A stretch of DNA of 64,000 nucleotides from an uncultured delta proteobacterium (lineage in GTDB: Bacteria; Myxococcota_A; Polyangia; Polyangiales; Polyangiaceae): positions 32,001 through 96,000 of the forward strand of contig CAWKKR010000001.1 of the NCBI GenBank assembly GCA_963850305.1. The letters are read 5' to 3'. The position numbers were made by a program, and so were the translations under genes. Positions 35,419 through 44,653 of this stretch are shown in pieces. Numbering within the stretch: position 1 is the stretch's first letter; each line of letters begins with the position of its first letter. The notes below the pieces were generated by a model. The model did no database searches and was not told where the DNA came from. It saw only the letters and a list, made by a program, of their open reading frames with translations.

Positions 35419-36006
35419 TTATTCGTCCGGTTGGCTCTCGAGAATGTTCGGGGCGATCGTGACGACGAGCGTGTTGTTCGTCGAGTCCTTCTGGATCTGC
35501 CCGAGGAGCGTGAACGATGACAGGATGGTGTTGCCATCGAGGTCGCCTTGAGCTCCCGCGGTGAAGATGTCGTTGGCCGCGCCGAGCGTGCCCGATGAAG
35601 TGTACGAGTACATGTAGTACTGCGGATCCTGCATCGTGAACTTGACGCACGTCCAGCCGCTCGACTGATCGCCAGTCGACCACTCGCTCGGCTGCGACTG
35701 GTACTTCTTCCCCTGGATATCGGCCGCAGCGTTGGGAACGGTGGTCGTCGACCCACCACAGAGGTGATTCGTGACGCCAGTGCTGGCTCCCATTCCCAGC
35801 ACCGCCGCGGACATTCCTTCACGGTTGTACGCAGCGGCAGCGTCCTTCGCCATCTGACCGATGCTGTTCCGCGCCTCCGCCGTCTTCGAGTTCAAGATGT
35901 ACTTGCGGACACCGTAGATGGCGAGTGCCGCCAGAACGCCGATGATCGCGACCACGATCATCAATTCGACCAGTGTGAATCCTCGCTTGCCCTTTATCGC
36001 ACGCAT
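35419..36006 (-). CDS. pilA: Type IV major pilin
   Basis: MRAIKGKRG|FTLVELMIVVAIIGVLAALA, strong RBS GAAGGAG, own terminator, two Cys. Confidence 0.88.
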   Translation of the reverse strand: MRAIKGKRGFTLVELMIVVAIIGVLAALAIYGVRKYILNSKTAEARNSIGQMAKDAAAAYNREGMSAAVLGMGASTGVTNHLCGGSTTTVPNAAADIQGKKYQSQPSEWSTGDQSSGWTCVKFTMQDPQYYMYSYTSSGTLGAANDIFTAGAQGDLDGNTILSSFTLLGQIQKDSTNNTLVVTIAPNILESQPDE

Positions 36007-36118
36007 TTTTCTTTTCTCCTTCGGTGACTGGGTGGGTCTCTTGCTTCCTTGCGCCGGCGGGCCACCCATTCACCCGCACTGCGTTTCCAAACTCTGCCGG
36101 CAGAGCGCCGGAGAAACG

Positions 36119-36706
36119 TTACTCTTGCTTGATGTAGACCTCGTTGGTCAGACTGTGACTCATCACGTAAGTGTCGTTGTCGCCGCTGCCGTCGAGGTCC
36201 GCCCTGGCAAGCGCCACGTACGTCCACTGGGACGCCGCGCCGGAGAGGCCGAACGCCGAGTTGGACTTGCCGAGATCCGTCGGGAGCGTGGGGATGTTGG
36301 AGCCCGGGGCAACTGCGACGCAGGCGTACTCGAACAGGACGGGGCCGTCCGGTTGAACGCCGAGCGTCGCCCAATTCTTCGCCGCCGTGCTCGTACCACC
36401 TCCCCATTGCACTTTCGTGGTTCCAGGACCGCCCCCCGACGGCCACGTCGGATACCAGTTCGACTCCGCGGCAAAGTCGCTGGACACGTCCAGATAGACG
36501 AACGTCTCTCCCTTGAACGCCTCCTCGGCGCTCTTGATCGTCGTCATCATGGCCGTTGCCTCCCCAGTCTTCGACGCCATGATGTATTTCCGGACGCCGT
36601 ACACCGCGAGCGTGGCGAGAATGCCGATCAGGATGACGACGGTCATCATCTCGATGAGGGTGAACCCTCGAAGGCTGGAGCGAGATTGGGAGACGATCAC
36701 GACCAC
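36119..36706 (-). CDS. Type IV pilin paralog
   Basis: LRG|FTLIEMMTVVILIGILATLA. Start moved to GTG 36706 because the TTG at 36736 lies inside the sigma-54 promoter. Confidence 0.88.
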   Translation of the reverse strand: MVVIVSQSRSSLRGFTLIEMMTVVILIGILATLAVYGVRKYIMASKTGEATAMMTTIKSAEEAFKGETFVYLDVSSDFAAESNWYPTWPSGGGPGTTKVQWGGGTSTAAKNWATLGVQPDGPVLFEYACVAVAPGSNIPTLPTDLGKSNSAFGLSGAASQWTYVALARADLDGSGDNDTYVMSHSLTNEVYIKQE

Positions 36707-36719
36707 GGCACTGGTCGGA

Positions 36720-36736
36720 AGCAGCCCCCGTGCCAA
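36720..36736 (-). promoter_or_regulatory. Sigma-54 promoter
   Basis: TTGGCACGGGGGCTGCT is near consensus YTGGCACG-N4-TTGCW with GG-N10-GC spacing. Confidence 0.8.
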
Positions 36737-36820
36737 CGCGGCCGAATCGATTGCCTACATCGCCATACCGCCGTCGTTCGCGACGATTCGTCCGCTCCGA
36801 GCGCGAGTGGACGGCTCAAG

Positions 36821-36868
36821 TGACAAAAATTGTCAGCGGCAGGGGCGAGCGACCGACAATCTCCGCCA
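36821..36868. promoter_or_regulatory. Probable PilR enhancer (UAS)
   Basis: Palindrome TGACAA-AAA-TTGTCA (36821-36835) and degenerate CGACAATCTCCGCCA 33 bp away, about 85-130 bp upstream of the sigma-54 site. Confidence 0.6.
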
Positions 36869-36928
36869 CCCACACGGGAGCAGCGCCGCGCAGGGGTGCG
36901 CACAGACCGCGGCCGCACGTCAGGCGCC

Positions 36929-37541
36929 CTATTCGCCGTCGTTCTCGTGGTAAACGTCCGCGCGAACGCTCGACGCCAGGAACTTGGAATACACCTGATC
37001 GCCGTTCGCATCGGCGATCGCCTGAATGACGTACCAGTGCTCGGTGTTCGTAGGCCATCCACTCCACCCCGTCGGCCTCGCGAGGGAGTCCGGTTCCGTC
37101 ATCACCTGGGAAGGGGGGCCCGCCGTCACCATGAAACTGAACTCGGTTGGACCCGGGATCGTCGGATTCAAGAGCTTCCAGCGACAATCATCCGTGTCGG
37201 GCAAGGGGATGCCACACACACCCGTGTTGTAGAAGGCGTGTTTCGTCAGAACCGAGGAATTGTGCCCCGACGTGGCGGGGTCCGTGCCCGGAAGCACCGG
37301 GTACCAGCTCGACGTCCGTGTGACGTTCAGGTACATCAAGTTGTCGGCTTTCCAGCGTTCTTCGGCCGCACGAATGCTCTGGATCATCGCCAATGCATCC
37401 GCGGGCTTCGAATCCATAGACATACTTGCGAAAGGAGGTGACCCCGATCACGCTCAGAATGCTCATGATGACCACGACGACCAACAGCTCGACCAGCGTG
37501 AAGCCACGCACAGCCGCGCGAGGACGAACTCGGCCTCTCAT
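36929..37541 (-). CDS. Type IV pilin paralog (apparent frameshift near 37418)
   Basis: VRG|FTLVELLVVVVIMSILSVI..FRKYV joins MDSKPADALAMIQSIRAAEE...QAIADANGDQ after removing one base. Confidence 0.82.
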
Positions 37542-37558
37542 GAAGTTGCTAGCAAGCA

Positions 37559-37575
37559 TGCGAAACGCGTTCCAA
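37559..37575 (-). promoter_or_regulatory. Sigma-54 promoter
   Basis: TTGGAACGCGTTTCGCA, GG-N10-GC spacing, about 18 bp upstream of ATG 37541. Confidence 0.6.
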
Positions 37576-37642
37576 CTTGTCGAACGATAGCACCCCGGAC
37601 GTCGCGGGCCGAAAATCGGAGCAATCCGGAAGGGGCGGAGGC

Positions 37643-39082
37643 CTACTGATTCGCCGGGTCTAGCCCACTCTCCCCTACATCATCGGTGTCGACGTCGAGC
37701 CCATGTTTTTCGAGGCGGTAGCGAAGGGATCGAAAGGTGATACCGAGCAACTTCGCGGCGGCAGTGCGCAGCCCGCCGGTGCGCTCGAGCGCATCGACGA
37801 GGAGTCGTCGCTCGAGCTCGTTGAGGACTTCGTCGAGTAAACAGCCCTCTGCAGGGAGAGTCGCGAAGGAATGGGACGCGGAAGCGGCCATACCGCTCAC
37901 CTCGCGTGGGAAATCGCCGAGACCTATCGTACGCGCACTCGCCAGGGCGACGGCGCGTTCGATCATGTTCTCCAGCTCACGAACGTTGCCGGGAAAGGCG
38001 TAGCGCTCGAACGCCCTCAGGGCATCCGGACTGAGCGAAGAGACCTCCTTTCCCATCTCCCGGGTGTAACGGTGAAGAAACCGTTCCGTCAGAATCGCGA
38101 TGTCCTCGCGTCGTTCGCGAAGCGGGGGCAGCTCGACCCTGATCACGTTGAGGCGATAGTAGAGGTCCTGCCGAAACTTCCCGGACGACACGTCGGCTTC
38201 GACGTCCCGGTTCGTGGCGGCGAGGAGACGTACGTCGACGTTCACCTCGGTCGTCGCCCCCACCGCCCGGACCTTCTTCTCCTGAAGCACACGCAGGAGC
38301 TTGACCTGCAAGCTCGTCGGTAGCTCGCCAATCTCGTCCAGGAGAACGCTGCCTCCCTCGGCATTGCGGAAGATGCCGGCGTTCTTCGCTGTCGCACCGG
38401 TGAACGCCCCCTTCTCGTGGCCAAAGAGTTCGCTCTCCATCAGGGCTTCGGGAAGCGCGCCGCAGTTGACGACGAGGAACGGCTTTCCGGCTCGCTCGGA
38501 TTGCTCGTGAATCGCGCGCGCGATTCGCTCCTTTCCGGTTCCGCTTTCCCCCGTGATGAGCACGGTGGTCCGTGTCCTTGCGACCCGACTCACCAGGTCG
38601 AGCACCGCCCGCATCGCGGGGCTCCGCCCGACGACCATCGAGTCGTCGCGAGCCTCGTATTGCGCGCGCAGACGCGCGTTCTCCTCACGGAGAGACCGCT
38701 TTTCGAGCGCCTTCGTGACGAGCGCCGCAAGCTCGAGCGGATCGAAGGGCTTGGTGACGAAGTCGTACGCGCCGTTCCGCATCGCGACGATGGCATTATC
38801 GACGGACGAGTGCGCGGTGATGAGGATGACCTCCGTTGAGCTCGATCGCGCCTTCGCCGCGGCGAGTACGTCGAGGCCCGTCCCGTCCGGCATCGCGAGG
38901 TCAGTGAGCACGACGGGGAATGGCTGCGGGCTCTGCGCGATCGCCTCGAACGCGAGCCGCGCGCCTGGAGCCGAGATCACTTCGTGCCCCTCGCGGCGGA
39001 AGAGGATCTCCAGCATTTGCCTGAGCGCGGGTTCGTCGTCGACGACCAGCAATCGATTGGGTTGCGAAACGAGCGACTCCAT
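37643..39082 (-). CDS. pilR: Sigma-54-dependent response regulator, PilR-type
   Basis: Receiver LVVDDE..TDLAMPD, AAA+ GESGTGKE and GAFTGA, HTH AAKLLGITFRSLRYRLEK; adjacent to the pilins. Confidence 0.85.
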   Translation of the reverse strand: MESLVSQPNRLLVVDDEPALRQMLEILFRREGHEVISAPGARLAFEAIAQSPQPFPVVLTDLAMPDGTGLDVLAAAKARSSSTEVILITAHSSVDNAIVAMRNGAYDFVTKPFDPLELAALVTKALEKRSLREENARLRAQYEARDDSMVVGRSPAMRAVLDLVSRVARTRTTVLITGESGTGKERIARAIHEQSERAGKPFLVVNCGALPEALMESELFGHEKGAFTGATAKNAGIFRNAEGGSVLLDEIGELPTSLQVKLLRVLQEKKVRAVGATTEVNVDVRLLAATNRDVEADVSSGKFRQDLYYRLNVIRVELPPLRERREDIAILTERFLHRYTREMGKEVSSLSPDALRAFERYAFPGNVRELENMIERAVALASARTIGLGDFPREVSGMAASASHSFATLPAEGCLLDEVLNELERRLLVDALERTGGLRTAAAKLLGITFRSLRYRLEKHGLDVDTDDVGESGLDPANQ

Positions 39083-39207
39083 TCTCGGCGAAATCGAAGC
39101 GGGACTCCGGTCCGGAAGATCTCGGACCTCGCCCTGAGGCGGAACATACTCGAGTTTCGGAGCTCGGAGGGGTGGCAGTGACCCAGATCCGTTGTACGAC
39201 TCGGGTC

Positions 39208-40249
39208 GTGGCGAACCGCACGCCAGCCGACGTGCGCCTCGGCGCAAAATGGACTGTCGCTCAGGAGTTCAAGAATTTCTTCATCGTGTGCGCCGTGCGG
39301 GCTGGCCTGATCATCAGCGGATCGCCTTCCCGAGCGCGTCCTCCTCGCGGTGGGACGTGGCCTGGGACGCCTCGCTCGAGTGCTCTTCGGCGACGCGCGA
39401 AGGATCGCAGTTGAAAACGCCGTGGAGGCTCTTGCGCCCGAGGATGCGGCCATCGTCGCGCGCACTTGCTTCGAGCGCGCCGGGCAAAATCTGGCAATCT
39501 CGCTCCTGCTCCGTCGCAGACGCACCCGAGCCCTCGACTGGGTCGAGGTGCCGGACTCTTCGCGTGCTTGCCTCGTTGACGCCTTGGCGCGCGGGCGCGG
39601 CGCCATCTTCGTGTGCGCACACCTCGGTCCGTTCGAGCTCGTGCCAGCCGCCCTCGCTGAACTCGGCATCGCTCCGACCATCGTCGTTCGTGAAAGCTAC
39701 GACCCTCGATTGGACGAGTGGGTCGACGCTCATCGTCGAGCTCGCGGAGCGCAGGTGATCCACCGGGGCGACAGCGGGGCTGCCGCTGGCATCGTCCGCG
39801 CACTCCGCGCCGGACGACCAATCGGTCTCCTTCCAGATCTAGGGGGCCGCGTTCCGTCGACTGCAACGACCTTCCTCGGTTCAACCGTCGCCTTCCCTAT
39901 TGGTCCCGCCCATTTGGCATGCCGCCTGGGCTGCCCCCTGGTGGTCGGAACACTGGTGTCGCGTTCCGGGCCCGGGGTCGGTACCCTGTCCTTCGAGCTT
40001 CGAATCCGCGAGCTCGACACGGACGCTCCCCTCACCGAACTGACGCAACGCATTGCGCAAGCCCTGGAATCGGAGATCCTGCGCGTGCCCGAAGAGTGGC
40101 TTTGGATGGCAAACCGCCGCCGGCTGGACCTCCAGCACGACGACCAGCGCGAGCCCGTGGAGAAGCTCGCCGCGGGCCTCGAGATCTCCCCCGGGGAACA
40201 ATCTGCTCGAGTAGTGTTATCGTTGTCGGCTAATTCAAGATCCGCATGA
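39208..40249 (+). CDS. Lysophospholipid/lipid A late acyltransferase family (apparent frameshift near 39316)
   Basis: CAHLGPFE (HxxxxE), LLPD, FLG, PEEWLWM. The N-terminus (KWTVAQEFKNFF) is in an upstream frame. Confidence 0.8.
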
Positions 40250-41886
40250 CGGGAAACGCGCCTGGGAGTCGAGATGTGACACAGGGCGAACAGGGCAAGG
40301 CGACTTACACGCCGACGCTTATCGCAACGGTGAACGTGCGTGCGCTCCCGATTGGCCCGCTCGAAGCCTTCGTGCTGTCCCGGGTAGACGGGCAAGCCAC
40401 GGATGCCGGGATCGCGCTGGCGACGGGGCTTGCCGTCGCGGAGGTCGAGGCAACGCTCTCTCGACTCGCGACGCTGGGCGCCGTCAACTACCGTGACCCT
40501 CGGCCATCCGGGACGAACCCCACTCCACCGACTCAGGCGGGCGAGCTCTCGGGAATGCACGAGCGGATCCGGGATCCGGCGATCATCGACGCGTCGCCTC
40601 ATCCCTTCGTCGACCGCACGGAACTCGACGAGCCAGCAGACCTCGATCTGGACCGGAAACGCCTCATTTTGGAGACTTACAAGGCGCTTCCCGACTTATC
40701 GCACTACGAGGTCCTTCGGGTCTCGCCGTCCGCCGACAAGAAGGCCATCAAAGCCGCCTACTTCGAAGTCGTGGGCCTTTTCCACCCTGATAAGTACTTC
40801 GGTAAATCGCTCGGCTCCTTCAAGCTCAAGCTCGAGAAGATCTTCACGCGGGTGACCGAGGCGCACGACACCCTCTCGCGGCAGAGCCGCCGAGCGGAGT
40901 ACGACAGTTACCTCGCCAGTCAACGCGCAACTCGCGCTCTCGACAACGTCGTCGACGAGAAAAGCGCCCGCGCGACGCTCGAGGACATTCGTCGTGAGAT
41001 CGAGCGGAAGGCACTTGCAGGGGGCTCCGGCGAAAGGCCGAGCGCTCCCGCGGGTGCGGCACCGCCCCTGCCGGAAACAGGTCTCGTCCGAGACGGAATG
41101 ACAGGTCCGCCAGAACCAAGGCGCCCGTCCTCCAACGACCCCGGGCGCGATCGTGGGCACCCTGTCCCGATCGAGTTTCGGCAAGCCGCGCCAGCGACAG
41201 CCGAAGAAAGGCGTCGAGCCCTTGCTCGAAAGCTCGGCGCGAGCGTCCCGCCCCCTGCACAGCGGGGAATCTCTTCTTCGCCGCCGCCAGCCCAGGGGCC
41301 ATCGGCACAAGAGGTCGCGACGGAATCGTTGCGGCGACGGTACGAAGCTCGGCTGACTCAAGCCCGCGACGAGCAGGTCGGTCGCTACATGAAGCAGGCC
41401 GAACAGGCCATGACCAGCCGCAATCTCACCGCGGCCGCCAACGCCCTCCGCATCGCGGTGTCGCTCGCGCCGGAAAACAAGAGCTTGGGCGAGGAATACG
41501 AGCGAATAGAACGGCTGGCGAGTGCGGCCCTTAGCGACCAGTACCTCGAGCAAGCCCGTTATGACGAGCGCCGTGGCCACTACGCAGAGGCAGCTCAGGC
41601 CTACGAACGCGTGCTCCGAGGGCGGCCGAGTCCACACATCTACAACCGAGCAGCCCACTGCCTTCTCGAGGCGCGAGGCGACGCCAAGCGAGCCGGCGAT
41701 CTGGCACGAAAGGCCGTCGAACTGGCACCCGCCGAGACCGCTTATAGAATAACGCTCGCGCGCGTCTACGCGATGGCGGGAATGGACCAGAGCGCGCTGG
41801 GAGAACTCGAACGGGCGCGCGCGCAGGACCCGAGCGATGATACGATCAAAGACTGGATCAAGCGCGTGAAACGCGGAGAGATCTAA
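40246..41886 (+). CDS. J-domain (DnaJ) + TPR protein
   Basis: HYEVLRV..IKAAYF..FHPDKYF..RRAEYD; N-terminal winged-helix-like segment and C-terminal TPRs. Confidence 0.88.
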   Translation: MTGNAPGSRDVTQGEQGKATYTPTLIATVNVRALPIGPLEAFVLSRVDGQATDAGIALATGLAVAEVEATLSRLATLGAVNYRDPRPSGTNPTPPTQAGELSGMHERIRDPAIIDASPHPFVDRTELDEPADLDLDRKRLILETYKALPDLSHYEVLRVSPSADKKAIKAAYFEVVGLFHPDKYFGKSLGSFKLKLEKIFTRVTEAHDTLSRQSRRAEYDSYLASQRATRALDNVVDEKSARATLEDIRREIERKALAGGSGERPSAPAGAAPPLPETGLVRDGMTGPPEPRRPSSNDPGRDRGHPVPIEFRQAAPATAEERRRALARKLGASVPPPAQRGISSSPPPAQGPSAQEVATESLRRRYEARLTQARDEQVGRYMKQAEQAMTSRNLTAAANALRIAVSLAPENKSLGEEYERIERLASAALSDQYLEQARYDERRGHYAEAAQAYERVLRGRPSPHIYNRAAHCLLEARGDAKRAGDLARKAVELAPAETAYRITLARVYAMAGMDQSALGELERARAQDPSDDTIKDWIKRVKRGEI

Positions 41887-41896
41887 AAAGGGCTAC

Positions 41897-43723
41897 ATGG
41901 AGCGCGTCATCGGCATCGACCTCGGGACGACCAACTCGTGCGTGGCGATCATGGAGGGTGAAGCGCCCGTCGTGATTCCAAACCGCGGTGGCTACAAGAC
42001 GACCCCTAGCATGGTGGCCGTGACAGAAGCCGGAAAGCGTCTCGTCGGGCACATTGCGAAGCGGCAAGCCATCACGAACGCCGAGAGCACGGTCTACGCA
42101 GCCAAGCGATTGATCGGCCGAAAGTGGAACTCCCCTCAGGTCAAGAACGCACTCATGACGTCAAGCTACTCGATCGTCGAGGGACCTCATGACGACGTCC
42201 GCATACGCCTCCGCGACAAGGAGTACAGCGTTCCCGAAGTTAGCTCGATGATCTTGCAGGAAATGAAGGTCATCGCGGAGGATTACCTCGGGGAACCGGT
42301 GAACAAGGCGGTCGTTACCGTGCCGGCCTACTTCAACGACAACCAGAGGCAAGCCACCAAGGACGCCGGCGCGATCGCGGGACTCGACGTCATCCGTATC
42401 ATCAACGAGCCGACTGCCGCGTCGCTCGCCTACGGGTTCGGCAAGAATATCGACAAGACGGTCGCAGTTTACGACCTCGGCGGCGGCACGTTCGACGTGT
42501 CCATCTTGGAGATTGGATCCCACGGTATCTTCAAGGTCATCGCGACCACGGGCGACACATTCCTCGGCGGAGAGGACTTCGACGCGCGCATCATCGATTG
42601 GCTCGTGCAAGGGTTCCAGGAAGAGCATTCGATTGATCTGAGGCAAGATCGAATGGCGCTTCAGCGGCTTCGAGACGCGGCGGAAAAAGGCAAATGCGAG
42701 CTCTCGAGCGTGAGAGAAGCGGAGATCAACCTCCCCTTCATCATCTCGACAGGCAGGAACGAAGCGCTCCACTTGCAGAAGACATTGTCCAGGGACACGC
42801 TGGAGCGGCTGACCGGCGATCTCGTCGAGCGCACGGTTTCAATCTGCCGGGAAGCACTCCAGGACGCGAGTCTGGGCACCGACGAGATCGACGACGTGAT
42901 CCTGGTCGGCGGCATGACTCGGATGCCTTCCGTTCAGCACGCGGTCGCGGCTCTGTTCAAGAAGGAGCCGAACAAGAGCGTGCATCCAGACGAGGTTGTC
43001 GCTCTCGGTGCAGCGATTCAGGGCGCCGCGCTGACGGACGACAAGCGCGAAATGATCCTGCTCGACGTGACGCCGCATGCCCTCGGCATCATGACCTTCG
43101 GAAGTTACTTCGAAGAGCTCATTCCTCAGAACACGACCGTCCCAACGAGCCGCACCAAGGTCTTCACTACCAGCCGCGACAACCAGACAGCGGTGAAGAT
43201 TCTCGTCATGCAGGGGGAAAGCAAGAAGGCCCACGACAACGAACTTCTCGGCGAATTCATCCTGACGGGTCTCCGCGCCGCACCGAAGGGCCACGTCGAG
43301 ATCGAAGTCACCTTCGAGATCAACACGGACGGAATCGTCAGCGTCCACGCGAAGGATCTGGAGAATGGTCAGGCGCAGTCGATCCAGGTGACCGCCTCGA
43401 GCGGCCTCACCCAGGACGAGATCAGTCACATGATCGAGAACGCCCGCGACTATCTCGTCGAGAGACGCACTGACGAAGAATTCGAAAAAGCGAAGCAGGA
43501 AGCCGAAACTTTGATCTCCGAGATCGAACGAATGTTCCCGGAGGTCGAGAGGATCGTCGCGTCGAGCGATTTCGGACGCGACGCGATAAGCAAGGCGCGC
43601 AGCGTCCTGGAGAAGTCCCGCGACGCCATCCGAAAAAAGGAAGCGCAGGGCGTCCGGGAGCAGGTCGAGGGGCTCGCGCGTACGCAGCGGATGTTCAAAG
43701 GCGTAGTCTCGCGGGCACAATAG
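41897..43723 (+). CDS. dnaK: Hsp70 chaperone (DnaK paralog)
   Basis: GIDLGTTNS, TVPAYFND, INEPTAA, YDLGGGTFDVS, LVGGMTRMP; lacks the usual acidic C-terminal tail. Confidence 0.93.
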   Translation: MERVIGIDLGTTNSCVAIMEGEAPVVIPNRGGYKTTPSMVAVTEAGKRLVGHIAKRQAITNAESTVYAAKRLIGRKWNSPQVKNALMTSSYSIVEGPHDDVRIRLRDKEYSVPEVSSMILQEMKVIAEDYLGEPVNKAVVTVPAYFNDNQRQATKDAGAIAGLDVIRIINEPTAASLAYGFGKNIDKTVAVYDLGGGTFDVSILEIGSHGIFKVIATTGDTFLGGEDFDARIIDWLVQGFQEEHSIDLRQDRMALQRLRDAAEKGKCELSSVREAEINLPFIISTGRNEALHLQKTLSRDTLERLTGDLVERTVSICREALQDASLGTDEIDDVILVGGMTRMPSVQHAVAALFKKEPNKSVHPDEVVALGAAIQGAALTDDKREMILLDVTPHALGIMTFGSYFEELIPQNTTVPTSRTKVFTTSRDNQTAVKILVMQGESKKAHDNELLGEFILTGLRAAPKGHVEIEVTFEINTDGIVSVHAKDLENGQAQSIQVTASSGLTQDEISHMIENARDYLVERRTDEEFEKAKQEAETLISEIERMFPEVERIVASSDFGRDAISKARSVLEKSRDAIRKKEAQGVREQVEGLARTQRMFKGVVSRAQ

Positions 43724-43763
43724 GATCGTATGAGCGCGCGACCAGTCTCGGAGATCGCCTGAA

Positions 43764-44621
43764 GTGGCCACGCGAGGGACCCCCCCACCTGCTTCGCGCC
43801 GTCCCGAGACGGCACCGATAGACGATAGCTGGGACGAGCTGGTCGTCGGCGCGCTGAGAAGCGAGAAGCCCGCCTCCGGTGCCGACGCTTTCGATCGAGC
43901 GACGGTTCCCACTTCACCCCCCGGCGCCTCCGGTCTTGAGCTCGACACGACGTCGGAGCCCCCACGAGCGTCACCCGGTGCACTTTCCCGGCTGGCACAA
44001 AATCCCACCAACGATAGGCGGAACACCGTCCCCGAACCGGTCATGGAGCGTTATCTGTCGCGCCTGGAGAGCGGGCTAGCCTCCGCCGCCTCGTCCCTCG
44101 AATCGGAGCGAGACTCGGAGCCAGTCAGCGGTGAGGCCGACCGAAACTCTCCGCTCGACCTGGTCGAGACGTATCGCCGCGCGACACAATCGCTACCGCA
44201 ACCAACCGCTGACGGCCCCACCGATGGCGACCGCGCCGGGCGCGAGAGCGGCACTCTCCGCGACATGCAGGACCGGTACGCGGTCGGCGATTTCACCGGC
44301 GCCCTGGTGGTCGCCGAGAGCATCCTCGAGGCAAACCCCGAAAATCCGGACGCAAAGCGCTATGCGCAAAGCTGTCGCGAGGTTCTCACACAGATGTACG
44401 CCGCCCGCCTCGGACCGATGGACCAGGTCGCGGTCGTCTCCGTGCCGCAGGAGCAGATCACGTGGCTGTCCCTCGATCATCGGGCCGGTTTCCTTTTGTC
44501 CCTCGTGGATGGTGTTTCCTCGATCGAGGAGATCCTCGACGTCAGCGGGATGACTCGCCTCGACGCGCTCCGGATCATGTACACACTCTACCAGCAGAAC
44601 GTGATCACGTTGCACCATTGA
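43764..44621 (+). CDS. Hypothetical protein (disordered N-terminus, TPR-like + winged-helix-like C-terminus)
   Basis: C-terminal WLSLDHRAGFLLSLVDGVSSIEEILDVSGMTRLDALRIM; directly after dnaK. Confidence 0.7.
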   Translation: MATRGTPPPASRRPETAPIDDSWDELVVGALRSEKPASGADAFDRATVPTSPPGASGLELDTTSEPPRASPGALSRLAQNPTNDRRNTVPEPVMERYLSRLESGLASAASSLESERDSEPVSGEADRNSPLDLVETYRRATQSLPQPTADGPTDGDRAGRESGTLRDMQDRYAVGDFTGALVVAESILEANPENPDAKRYAQSCREVLTQMYAARLGPMDQVAVVSVPQEQITWLSLDHRAGFLLSLVDGVSSIEEILDVSGMTRLDALRIMYTLYQQNVITLHH

Positions 44622-44653
44622 GGTAGCCCTGGGCCGCGCTACTCTCGCGCGCA

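Noticed and set aside
37410..37425. Phase variation of the frameshifted pilin
   Set aside because: No homopolymer or simple repeat at the site, and similar indels affect housekeeping genes.
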